Below, piece by piece: positions 51,142 to 62,623 of a stretch of DNA of 64,000 bases. Position 1 is the first letter of the stretch. Each line of letters begins with the position of its first letter. Source of the stretch: Octopus vulgaris (lineage: Eukaryota); the NCBI GenBank assembly GCA_951406725.2, contig OX597833.1, positions 49,104,001 through 49,168,000 of the forward strand, written 5' to 3'. The notes under the pieces were generated by a model. That model saw nothing but the letters and a program-made list of their open reading frames with translations, searched no databases and was not told the origin of the DNA. The translations under genes were made by a program, and so were the position numbers.

Positions 51142-52719
51142 CACAGACCTGGCTGCATGGTTAAGAAACTTACTTACCAGCCATCCTATGGGTGGATTTG
51201 GTAAACAAAATCTGAAAGACTTTCATTGTGTATATATATATGTGTGTATGTGGTGGGGATGCATTAAATGATGATTGTGATGATGTGCATGTGTGTGTGT
51301 ATTTATAATTATGTATAAACAATGTCCTTTTTTGTAAAAGCTGCGTGGTAAATAAATCAGCTAAAAGTTTCATTTACTGAAAACAAGTTGGATCTCAAAA
51401 TGCTTTCTTATATTATTATAAGTCTTGGAATTCGATTTATTTTCCAAATTTCAAACCATGAGAGATACTTTCCAACATAAACCGGATGGTCAAATGTGGA
51501 AAGTCAAGTGATAACATTCCCCTGAAAATGATGTAATTTTTGAAGTCAAGACGGTCTCACACTTTGTTCTATAATTAGATACTCTCTTACTCATGACCAC
51601 ATATTCAAGTCTTTCACATTTCACTATCTTCATATTTTCAAGGTTGATAAATAGGTTCAAGTAATAACTTTAGCCTATTTGTGTCGTTATCAATTGTTAA
51701 CAATTCCTGTTTTACTGGGCAGTTTGATTTCACTTACGTTTTTTTTGTTTCTTTTCTTTTTGTTTTTTTAAAAATAAATATTTGACTTTTCAAAGTTGTT
51801 GTTGTGTAGCTCCGAGTCAGTGATAGTTGAATAGATCTTTGATTAAATCTATTGAAACTATAAGCGTTCTGTCTTTTATTTATTTTCTCTAGGCAAAAGT
51901 AAACCTAGTATTACATTATCTAATGTCTTTTAAAGACAATAAGGTGTAATTAGTAGGAGATTTTACTGCTATTTCTAACTATTTTGAGCAACATTTAGTG
52001 GCTCATGTGTTTTCAGTATTATTTCAGCATTCTAGAAATATAAAATGGCACTAAATTAGGTGTATTATTATTCCATATTTATACATGGTATTCGGTCAGT
52101 TGTCTAGCCACTTTATCGACTGGTAATGAAATCAATTAACGAAGTTCTTTTAACTTCTTTACCTTCCTTCTTCAAATTGTCTTGTATCTCCTCCGTGTCT
52201 GTCTAACTCTCACCCTGAGGTTGCTGATTACTAATCATGGCGAGTGATGGTACATTTTCACACCAGAGAAGATTTAGCCTTCACAATTTGTTACCTAACC
52301 TGTTTCTAAATATGAATGTTTATCTGGGTAGTCGGCTGGTTGCTGGTTTCCACAGAAGTCAGTAGTGCAACTGGTTAGATAATTCATGTCACTAAAACTT
52401 TCAGATTCTTGATCCTCCAAGAGCCATGTGGTGTATTTAGATAACAGAAACAACTTGAGAGTGATTTTTATATCTCTGATGTTACGGTATTCCTATTTTT
52501 TTTTAGACACACACAACCACACACTAACTTACTCCCACTCTCTCCTCTCTTATGCATATACACACAGACAAATAAACAAACAAAAACACACACAAACACA
52601 CACACTTTTGGGTAAATCAGTCTTATGCTACTCTGAGTTTCAACTTTGGGTGCTCAGGATCATAACTTGCTTGAAAATCTTGTGTACTCACTGTTGAAGC
52701 TCAGAGTAACAACATACTG

Positions 52720-53125
52720 TTTGTGGCCTTGATGTGGCAGGAACGCTTGCGTACTCTTATGATCCCTAGAGCATGTGCTAGTGGGGGACGTGTTCCCCTG
52801 ATAGGTTTAACCTTACTGGTTTGGTCAAAGAGGAGGAGTCAGACTAAAGTATACACATCGGCCCTCCAGATTCGGGGGTTGTGCTATAGGCTAACACCCT
52901 ATACCTTAAAAAAAAAGCACCTGTTACAGAAACCAACAACGGTTCATTTAACACTAATTCAGTTCTTGGGATCCAGAGACTGATGACGCGCTGTAGCCAA
53001 ACCCGTCAGAAAGTTACAGGGCCGAGGGCAACCTTGAAGGGCAGTTCAAAGCTGCTCTCACAGAAGAAGCCCATCCTTCTTGGAACCTGGAATGTGAGAA
53101 CACTTTGGGAGACAGGAAGGTGCGA
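52720..53125 (+). mobile_element. RTE-clade LINE 5' fragment (5' UTR + APE endonuclease start)
   Basis: ORF from 52983 MTRCSQTRQKV...LLGTWNVRTLWETGR. GTWNVRTL is the APE domain start motif; homology breaks off right after it. Confidence 0.75.
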
Positions 53126-53454
53126 ACAAAATACTGACTCAACCAAAATAAAATATATTATTAATCTCTCCTTTTTTCTGAATGCTCCTTTTTCTGACAG
53201 TTAGTAGAAAACACAGACATGAATGTGTGTGTGTGTGTATGAACGGTGTCTTCAGAACTATATTACACATGTCCTTTAGTAAGTTAGTTTGAGAGACAGT
53301 TTTAGCTGTTATTTTGAGCAAGTCAAGTGACTACATAGAGGCTCACTCATTATCTTGTCCAGCATCAGTGCATTTGAACAACTCAGTTCATAAAATTGCA
53401 AGTTACTTCTCTGAGAGGTAGTTTGTAGTCTAACTCGAAAACTAAATTCTGAAA

Positions 53455-53974
53455 CATTATTTACATTGACGGATATTTGTCCTCATCTTGTTTCTTGTTA
53501 ACACAACGTTTCAGCTGATATACCCTCCAGCCTACATTAGGTGTCTTGGGGAAATTTCGAACTTGGGTTCTCATTCCTAAGGTATTTTTCGAGGTTATTA
53601 TTATTATTATCATTACTATTATTATTCAGGTTGCTGCCTGGAATTGAACTCAGAATCTTGGGCTTAGTAGCCGGGGCTCTTAATCACTACACCATATGGC
53701 ACAGTGGTTAAGAGCCCAGGCTACTAACCCCAAGATTCCGAGTTTGATTCCAGGCAGTAACCTGAATAATAATAATTATTATTATTATTATAATAACAAC
53801 AACATTGAAAAATACCTTAGGAATGAAAACCCAGGTTCAGAATTTCCTCAAGACACCTGATGAAGGCTGGAGGTTATATCAGCTGAAATGTGTTAACAAC
53901 AAACAAGATGAGGACAAATATCTGTCAACTGTAAATAATGTAAATGTACATAATTCCTCATCTCTTAAATATAG
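53455..53974. mobile_element. Palindromic retroposon-like insertion: two head-to-head copies of tRNA head + (AAT)n + hammerhead-like motif, 34-nt tail, 15-bp TSD
   Basis: 53455-53695 is the reverse complement of 53696-53940. TSD AACTAAATTCTGAAA at 53440-53454 and 53975-53989. A box 53697-53707, B-box-like 53742-53750, CTGATGA 53857-53863, GAAA 53885-53888. Confidence 0.8.
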
Positions 53975-54075
53975 AACTAAATTCTGAAAGTGTTTGTGTA
54001 TAAAGCTCTCTATTTTTAAATGATTTTATTGAACTGCTTTTATATATATTTATTCAATCTCACCATTGTTTTCAG

Positions 54076-54216
54076 ATTTTCAAATTGCTGAACCCTCGTT
54101 TGATAATGTCAGGACATACCCATCATGGCTGTTACAGAGTCCACAGTGATGGCACCCCAGAATGGACAGTGGCATCATTTAGCTGGAGGAATAAGAAAGC
54201 GCCTACATTTCTTCTG
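54076..54216 (+). CDS. MPPE1: MPPE1-like exon with GHTH motif
   Basis: ttttcag acceptor, gtttat donor. IFKLLNPRLIMSGHTHHGCYRVHSDGTPEWTVASFSWRNKKAPTFLL contains motif V and SFSWRN. Confidence 0.95.
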
Positions 54217-54913
54217 GTTTATATGATTTTTTTAAAAATTTTGCTTTTTGACAGTATTTTTATTGTGTACTAGCAGTAATACCTGTCGTTCATCGGATAA
54301 TTACTTTTACTCTTTCTCAGGAGTCACATTCAAAGTATTATTATATATATAATAGATTTCTCAATGGGGATTTCAGGGGAGAGTTTCAGGGAGTCGCTGG
54401 CAATGTATCGTGATGATCAAAAATCCGGCCTGCTAAAATTTGGTTAAAGTGATTCAAACTGCAGACTCAACGCAAAATGGTCACATTCAATTCAAAGCGT
54501 TAAAAATGTTATGAAAACAATTGGTATGTGTTCACAAAGTCCAAATGATTAATACGAAAAAACCCTGCCGGCTACATCCCGAAAATTCATTTCTTTGCGG
54601 AATTTCTACAATGTTTACGGCGATTCGTTTTTATATATTGTTTTTTTTTTATTTTTCATGCAATTTACGCATGCTTGCATGCTTGGTGAACGCAGTTCAC
54701 GTTAAACAGCTGACTGAGTAAAGTTCACTATTCAATGCATGGGATAAGGCCTAAACAAACACATTATCGATTTTTGCACTTGTGAGATGAATTTCGGAAC
54801 AGAAATAGCGCAGTTCAATTTTCATTCGCCTAAACTTTAAGTGACCCATTTTTGGTGGTTCTATGATTTGTTGGCTAGGAGGAGATGTGCCAGGAAGTTA
54901 CACACACAAGTTG

Positions 54914-54954
<41 letters not shown>

Positions 54955-54957
<3 letters not shown>

Positions 54958-55165
54958 CGGAGTAAACACATAAATGTGAAACAAGGTGGAAAAAAGAGTA
55001 CTCAAATACCAGTGGTAGAGTAATATGCTTTATTTTAAGCAGCAGAAAATTCAACAAAATCTGTTACTCTGAGTTTCTCGTTGCCAAAACTGTCTGATGA
55101 ACGGCAACGAGAAACTCAGAGTAACAGATTTTGTTGAATTTTCTGCTGCTTAAAATAAAGTATAT
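54955..55165. mobile_element. Fold-back element in (TA)n with 63-bp inverted arms
   Basis: Arms 55023-55085 and 55103-55165; unique extension 54955-55022 shared with the 39.4-kb copy. Confidence 0.78.
55085..55133 (+). ncRNA. Minimal type I hammerhead ribozyme motif
   Basis: CAAAACTGT-CTGATGA-ACG-GCAA-CGA-GAAA-CTC-A-GAG-TA^ACAGATTTTG. Full core, stem I (CTGT/ACAG plus CAAAA/TTTTG), GNRA-capped stem II with one A.A mismatch, near-palindromic stem III, GUA cleavage triplet. Confidence 0.65.
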
Positions 55166-55589
55166 ATATATATATATATAGATATATGAGATTACTATAG
55201 TGAAGCACTTTTCCTTTTATTGACATTTCTATTCTATGCATTATTGAATATTCAAGGTTAAAATATTTTCTTCCTAGAAAGTTTATTAAGTCAGCCTTTG
55301 TGCCAATGCCACATAAAAGGACAGTGCTACATAAAGCCATTCATGCAGTGCCACATTAAAAGTAGCCAACACACTCCGTAAAGTGGTTGGCACTGGGAAA
55401 GACATCCAGCCATAGAAACCATTTCAAGTCAGACCGGAACAGGGTGCAGCTCTCTGGCTTGCAATCTCTGGTCAAACCATCCGACCCATGCCAGCATGGA
55501 AAATGGATGTTAAATGGTGATGACGATGATGATGACTTGAATGGAAATGAAAATATCAATGTAGATCATTGAAAGGTTATCATAATACC

Positions 55590-55976
55590 GTGGAGGCACA
55601 ATGGCCCAGTGGTTAGGGCAGCGGACTCGCGATCATAGGATCACGGTTTCGATTCCCAGACCGGGCGTTGTGAGTGTTTATTGAGCGAAAACACCTAAAA
55701 AGCTCCACGAGGCTCCGGTGGGGGATGGTGGTGATCCCTGCTGTACTCTTTCACCACAACTTTCTCTCACTCTTACTTACCGTTTCTGTTGTACCTGTAT
55801 TTCAAAGGGCCGGCCTTGTCACTCTCTGTGTCACGCTGAATATCCCCGAGAACTACGTCAAGGGTACACGTGCCTGTGGAGTGCTCAGCCACTTACACGT
55901 TAATTTCACGAGCAGGCTGTTCCGTTGATTCGGATCAACCGGAACCCTCGTCGTCGTAACCGACGGAGTGCTTCCA
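55590..55976 (+). mobile_element. SINE family C, full length, with 11-bp TSD
   Basis: TSD ATCATAATACC at 55579-55589 and 55977-55987; near-identical to 5702-6088. Confidence 0.9.
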
Positions 55977-56184
55977 ATCATAATACCAATACCAATAGAT
56001 ATCCAAGTTAAATGTAGAACTCCGGAAATTCCTCTCGAGGTTTTTAGATTCTAATTAAACATTATTCTACAAACTTAGGTTTTAATGAATTTATAAACTC
56101 TTGCAAGTGTAATTAATTCATGATAATATTACAATGCAAATCTCCTTTTTTTTCTCATCAACAGACACATAGTTTACACCATGC

Positions 56185-56194
56185 TGATTCAACA

Positions 56195-56228
<34 letters not shown>

Positions 56229-56525
56229 CTCTCTCTCTCTCGCTCACACACACACACACACTCTCTCTCTCTCTCTCCCTCTCTCGCTCACACACACTCT
56301 CTTTCTCTCTCTCACACACACACATACTCTCTCTCTCTCTCTCTCTCACACATACACACTCTCTCTTTCTTGCTCACACACACTCTCTTTCTCTCTCTCT
56401 CACACACACACTCACACATACACACACACACACACACTCACATATATACACACACACTCACACATACACTCACACACACTCTCTTTCTCTCTCTCAGACA
56501 CACACTCTCACTCACTCACTTCTCT
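56185..56525. repeat. Compound (CA)n/(CT)n microsatellite
   Basis: Alternating CA and CT runs; generates spurious THTH/SLSL ORFs. Confidence 0.95.
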
Positions 56526-57033
56526 CCTATAGTTGACATGCTATCCAAGCCAGGTTTACTAATAAAGGGAGTTAATTAGAATTTATTTTCAATAATTTCT
56601 ATTGTCTGCTCTAATTATATTACAGAATGTTAGATATAGCAAAATTCACTCTTCTCACTTTGACAGAACCACTGTTTTTTGGGGTTTTTTTTTTTTTTGT
56701 CAGTAGTCATTGTACCATCTCCCTCTGTCTGTCTGTCTCATAAAATTCCTCATACAGGATACAGTGAACTTAAAGATGTATCCCCACAATATTTATTTTA
56801 AAATTCCTCTTAATTTTAATTATAATCATTCATCAACTCAACCGCTCTTACTATCACATGTCTTAAATCAATCAATGTCTTATTAATTATCACATTGATT
56901 TAAGAAAACAAAAACCTGTAAAGAGGACATAATCAGTAAGAGGACAATAAAATCGAACACTATGCTTTTTCCCCACACTTTTCAACAATGCACAGTATTG
57001 ATTTACTGCCACAAAAGTTTTTGTTTACAGTTA

Positions 57034-57444
57034 GGCGCAGGAGTGGCTGTGTGGTAAGTAGCTTGCTAACCAACCACATGGTTCCGGGTTCAGTCCCACT
57101 GCATGGCACCTTGGGCAAGTGTCTTCTGCTATAGCCCTGGGCCGACCAATGCCTTGTGAGTGGATTTGGAAGACGGAAACTGAAAGAAGCCTGTCGTATA
57201 TATGTATATATATGTGTGTGTGTATGTGTTTGTGTGTCTGTGTTTGTCACCCTAGCATTGCCTGACAACCGATGCTGGTGTGTTTACGTCCCCGTCACTT
57301 AGCGGCTCGGCAAAAGAGACCGATAGAATAAGTACTGGGCTTACAAAGAATAAGTCCCAGGGTCGATTTGCTCGACTAAAGGTGGTGCTCCAGCATGGCC
57401 ACAGTCAAATGACTGAAACAAGTAAAAGAGTGAAGAGTAAAGAG
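57034..57444 (+). mobile_element. SINE family A
   Basis: Full length; tail-to-tail with 57575-57975. Confidence 0.85.
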
Positions 57445-57574
57445 TTAAATCTATCTGTTGATATTGAGCCTTTTTCTTTCATCAATAACCACACATTTTC
57501 TATAAAATCTACTTGCAAAATTCATTGATGAAATACTACGAGTGAGTATGTATGATGTCTCTGTCTCAGGGTAT

Positions 57575-57975
57575 TACTCTCTTTTACTCTTTTACTTGTT
57601 TCAGTCTTTTGACTGCGGCCATGCTGGAGCACCGCCTTTAATCAAGCAACTCGACCCCCGGGACTTATTCTTTTGTAAGCCCAGTACTTATTCTATCGGT
57701 CTCTTTTGCCGAACTGCTAAGTAACGGGGACATAAACATACCAGCATCGGTTGTCAAGCAATGCTAGTGGGACAAACACAGACACACAAACACACACACA
57801 CACACACACACACATACATATATATATACATATATATGACAGGCTTCTTTCAGTTTCTGTCTACCAAATCCACTCACAAGGCATTGTTCGGCCCGGGGCT
57901 ATAGCAGAAGACACTTGCCCAAGATGCCACGCAGTGGGACTGAACCTGGAACCATGTGGTTGGTTAGCAAGCTAC
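57575..57975 (-). mobile_element. SINE family A, head cut by a Helentron-like element
   Basis: Reverse complement of family A; ends at ACTAGC (57974). Confidence 0.8.
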
Positions 57976-58600
57976 TAGCACTATGACCCGGCAATGCTGG
58001 GTCATAGTGCTAGCGCATGCACATATAGCTGCATGCGTGCACACATACACGCAAGTACTGTCCGAATCTCCGACCAATCACATACAGCTAACTGGCATTC
58101 AATTGGCGTATCAAGTTTCGGGCATTTTGATTAGGTTTTGGATAGAAAATTCACAAAAAAAAGTCACTTCTATTGATTTTTTAATGGCTTTGCGGGGTGA
58201 CTGGGGAAATGTAAAGATGTGCACGACCACCCTTGGATGGTTTTAAATGACCATAGAAAGTGCGAGCCCTCTAACTGAAAAATTGTGGATTTGTATAAAG
58301 GACACACACACAGACATTTTGCCATTTATATATAGAGAGATTATTGGAAGCCCAAACTGAAAGCACTGGGATTTTTTTTTATAGGTTCAGGTATGGCTGT
58401 GTGGTTAAGAGACTTGCTTGGTTTCACATGGTTTCAGATTCAGTCACACTGCAACAACACCTTGGGCTAGTGTCTAGTCTAGTGTCCTCTACTATAACTG
58501 TGGGCTGGCCACCTTGTAAGTAATTTTGGTAGAAAGAAGCCTGCTGTGTGTGTGTGTGTATAGCCCCTGTTTCCTCAGGCTGGTAAGAATCCAGGCTCTG

Positions 58601-58821
58601 TTTTACCGGTGAGTGTGTTATATTATAAGGCACAAAAAGAAAATGACTCTCCCCAGACACAACAGAGGTAAATAACAGACAGAGTCAAAACTATTGAAAA
58701 AGTTGCAAGGCTCAATGAAAATTTTAGGAAAATAAAAATAAGAAAAAAAGTGGAAATTTTACCGGTGAGTGTGTTATATTATAAGGCACAAAAAGAAAAT
58801 GACTCTCTCCAGACACAACAA
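58601..58821. mobile_element. Element of the same family as 49684-49943, arranged with a direct terminal repeat
   Basis: TTTTACCGGTGAGTGTGTTA...CAGACACAACA at 58601-58664 and about 58757-58820. Confidence 0.7.
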
Positions 58822-58929
58822 AATAAAGTAGGATAAAATAAAATTTGTATCTATATGTATGCCATTGTCTCTCTTTTACATACTGTCAGTTTCATTTTTT
58901 TCACCCACTTTTTTTTTGTTTTTTTGCAG

Positions 58930-59100
58930 GCTTTAATCACCAGTGATAATTTCGCAGTTCACCAGTGTGCAATTCCAAAAGAAACAACGGTTATATATAT
59001 GTATATCTTGGGTAGTTTCTTAGCCCTGTTTTCTTTATTCTTGCCACGGACTAGTATATGGCGGCCACTTAGCTGGACATCCGTAAACAAGGACAGCTAA
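58930..59100 (+). CDS. MPPE1: MPPE1-like terminal coding exon with TM helix and stop
   Basis: Long T tract + gcag acceptor. ALITSDNFAVHQCAIPKETTVIYMYILGSFLALFSLFLPRTSIWRPLSWTSVNKDS*. A C..P.E motif is followed by a hydrophobic helix, as in the MPPE1 family. Confidence 0.9.
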   Translation, partial: ALITSDNFAVHQCAIPKETTVIYMYILGSFLALFSLFLPRTSIWRPLSWTSVNKDS

Positions 59101-59228
59101 GTTCCATATTAGCAATAATAACAATAATAATAATAATAATTATAATAATAACAATAATAATAATAATAAGTAATTTATAATGACATGTATTTAATGGAGG
59201 TGAATTATTTGCAAGATAAAAATGTGAA

Positions 59229-59377
59229 AATAAAATCTAAGAAAAAATAAAATTGATATTGCTGTAAATTTTTGATATGATATTCCACAAATCTCTTTAG
59301 TTTAGGCTTAAACATACATTTAAAAAAAATCCAGATGGAAAGCAATTTTTGTTATTTTGTAAAAAAAAATAAATAAA
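59229..59377 (+). terminator. Candidate polyadenylation signals in the MPPE1 3' UTR
   Basis: AATAAA at 59229, 59246 and about 59368-59377, downstream of the stop. The AT-rich context makes chance hits likely. Confidence 0.35.
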
Positions 59378-59619
59378 AAATTGTAGTCTTGCTGTTAAAT
59401 TAGCATTGCATTAAAAAGTGTACTTTGATTAAAGAGATTATTTTTCACTCATTATGCTTGATTTCAATGATTTTTATTTGTTCATTAACTAATTTTACAT
59501 GAAATGTTTTAATTTATAAACAATAACTCTGAGCACCTTTTCAAACTCCCCCCAACTAACACCCGTGGACATATTTACAAAGTCAGAAAACAGCACAGCT
59601 CCCATGACTTTAGGAAACA

Positions 59620-59870
59620 TTTTTTCACGCTGAGAGTTGCTGAAGCATGGAACAAACTGCTGGCATCAGTTGTTAGTTGTCGGAGCACTGCATCCTTCAA
59701 AACTTCCATGCTTCCTGAGATTCGCCAACACTACACCTGATTTTATCCCCTCCATACACACACAAGCATGTATCTGACTCATGCATTGTTCGCTTTCCAG
59801 ACATTTGTACATTACTGACAAGTTGTGGTGCACCTGAGCACTGTATACAATAATTTCATTATTATTATTT
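59620..59870 (+). mobile_element. CR1-like LINE 3' end
   Basis: FFTLRVAEAWNKL motif followed by 3' UTR and (ATT)n tail. Confidence 0.75.
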
Positions 59871-60187
59871 CTTACGACGACGATGCAACAGGTTTCTGTG
59901 GCTGGATACCAAGGGTGAAAAAAGTGAGGGTTAGTGACAGGAAGGGTATCCAACCATAGAAACCTATTGTATATATGTGTGTGTATGAATATGTGCATTT
60001 GTTTCTGTCTTCTTGTCTTGACACTGTGTGTAACAGTTGTAAATGATTGGTGTCATATCATACAAACAGTATCATTCATTTTCAGTATTCTGCAAAAACA
60101 TGTCATACTATGGGGAAATATTACTTTGCTTGGGAAAAAAGTGAGGGTTAGTTGCAGGAAGAGTATCCAGCCATAGAAAATGAGAAT

Positions 60188-60541
60188 ATCATCATCATCA
60201 TCATCGTTTAACATCCGTTTTCCATGCTAGCATGGGTTGGACGGTTCAACTGGGGTCTGGGAAGCCAGAAGGCTGCACCAGGCCCAGTCTAATCTGGCAG
60301 TATTTCTACAGCTGGATGCCCTTCCTAACGCCAACCACTCCGTGAGTGTAGTGGGTGCTTTATACATGCCACCTGGCACAGGTGCCAGGCGTGGCTGGCA
60401 AACGGCCACGATCGGATGGTGCTTTTTATGTGCCACCGGCACGGAGACCAGACGAAGCTGGCAACGGCCACGGTCGGTTGGTGCTTTTTACGTGCCACCG
60501 GCACGGAAGCCAGTCAGGGCGGCGCTGGCTACGGCCACGGC
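60188..60541 (-). mobile_element. Family B retroposon flanked by an about 72-bp direct duplication
   Basis: 60115-60187 is repeated at 60542-60613. Confidence 0.8.
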
Positions 60542-60784
60542 GAAATATTACTTTGCTTCGAAAAAAGTGAGGGTTAGCGACAGGAAGAGTATCCAGCCAT
60601 AGAAAATGAGAATTTGTTGCAACAAATTCTGCCTGGCCTATGCAAGCATGAAAAAGAAGACATTAAAATGGTGATGATAATGATGAGGATTGCATAGTAA
60701 TTTACCTCCTTTGAAAATGACTATTATTAGTGTTTACAAAGAGTATTCAAAAAGTATCTGATTTTATTTTTTCCCCATCAAAAC

Positions 60785-61181
60785 TAATGCCATGTGGGGC
60801 CAGCCTCTTTTACTTGTTTCAGTCATTTGACTGTGGCCATACTGGAGCACTGCCTTTAGTCGAGCAAATCGAACCCAGGACTTATTCTTTGTAAGCCTAG
60901 TACTTATTCTATTGGTCCCTTTTGCCAAACCACTAAGTAACAGAGACATAAACACACCAGCATTGGTTGTCAAGCAATGTTAAGGGGACAAACATATACA
61001 CACACATATACATATATACGACAGGCTTCTTTCAGTTTCTGTCTACCAAATCCACTCACAAGGCTTTAGTCGGCCTGAGGCTATAGTAGAAGACACTTGC
61101 CCAAGATGCCACGCAGTGGGACTGAACCCGGAACCATGTGGCTGGTAAGCAAGCTACTTACCACACAGCCACTCTTGCGCC
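60785..61181 (-). mobile_element. SINE family A
   Basis: Reverse complement of family A; another copy at 62735-63104. Confidence 0.85.
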
Positions 61182-61369
61182 TGGTAACCGATGTGGCCTA
61201 CTGGTATGAAAATGTCTGTACATGTGCAGGAAGGGTGGTGTCACCTCCCTCCCAAAGGATATTGCCCTCAGGGCATTAGTTTTGGCAGGGTAAAAACAAA
61301 GTTGGATACTTTTTGAACATACGTTGTACATCCACATAAAGTGTAGCACAAGCCCAGAATATGATTTAA

Positions 61370-61590
61370 CCCTTTCCTTACCAACCCGGCCGAAACTGGC
61401 TCTGGCACTGTTGTACAAATGCCTTGTTTTCATAAGGTTTTAATTAAAATCTTCCACCAAACTTTAGTCACAATTTATGTTCCTAACACTAGCTTAATGA
61501 TAACTAAGTTATTTTACTAAATTCTTTGTCATATTTAAAATAATTGAAAGAAACACAGAGCATCCCAAAATAAATACAGTAATGAAAGGG
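61370..61590. mobile_element. piggyBac-type MITE (221 bp)
   Basis: TTAA TSD at 61366-61369 and 61591-61594; TIR CCCTTTCCTTAC / GTAATGAAAGGG. Confidence 0.85.
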
Positions 61591-62587
61591 TTAAGTATCT
61601 ATTCTCTTCTCTTGTGGTGTAAAGTGAATTTGCAGTTTTGGTTTAAATTATCATAAATGGATCTCAGAATTTTTCAGTTGTTCGATCAACTGCACTACGA
61701 GGCTTACTGAATTAGTGCAAAAGTGGCTGAGTACTCCACAGACGTGTACTCTTAATGTAACTCTCAAGACGAATAGCATGTCAAAGTTTGAGAATGCTAG
61801 ACTTTTGAATTTGCAATCCTGCAATCCATCCAATGGGCTTCTTTTAGTTTCCCTCTGCTTTGTTTTACTCTCAAAACAAGGGTTAACCCATGAGGTTATA
61901 GAAAATGACGCTAGCCCAACATCTCACACAATGGATTGAACCCAGCATCATGCGGTTGCAAAGCAAGCATCTTAACCACTCAGCCATACTCCATCTACAA
62001 CAGTTTTGGTCTTGTAGTAAATTAGTAAGCATAAAAACCAAGCCAGCTTGATGTAACCTACATTCTGTTGTAATGTTGTGCAGTTTCTGTGAACTTGCTC
62101 TGAATTTAGTTATCGATAATTCTGCAGGCATTGTTGGAGAAATATATTTAATTTCTTCAATATTTCCAGTGGAATAGGCAGCATAGTGGCATTGCATATA
62201 TTGAATTGATGGTTGTGATTGCTGACCATATTTGGCATTGGTCTCCATAACCATTTTATCTATCTTGTGGTTAATCTGCTGCTAAAGTGAGATGAAGTAG
62301 CTAATATCATTAATAAGTTGTTGGTTGAGATTAATAGGTTTGGTCAGTACTGATCTTCAAGGATTTTGTTTTTGTAGCTCTGATACTGGCTGGTAATCAC
62401 TGTCGGTTGTCTTTTTTTTTCTTTGTGCCAAGACATGGCTATGTAGATAAGAAGTTTTACTTCCTGACCACATAGTTTCAAGTTCAGTCCCACTACATGG
62501 CACTTTGAATGAGTGTCTTCTACTATAGCCCTGTGCTGGTTAATGACTTGTGAGTGGATTTGGTAGACAGAAACTGAAAGAAGCTTG

Positions 62588-62623
<36 letters not shown>

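Noticed and set aside
53697-53765. Functional tRNA gene
   Set aside because: A and B boxes are present, but there is no convincing acceptor stem and it is the centre of a TSD-flanked palindromic insertion. The same applies to SINE heads at 5702, 36517, 41766, 49440-49510 and 55590.
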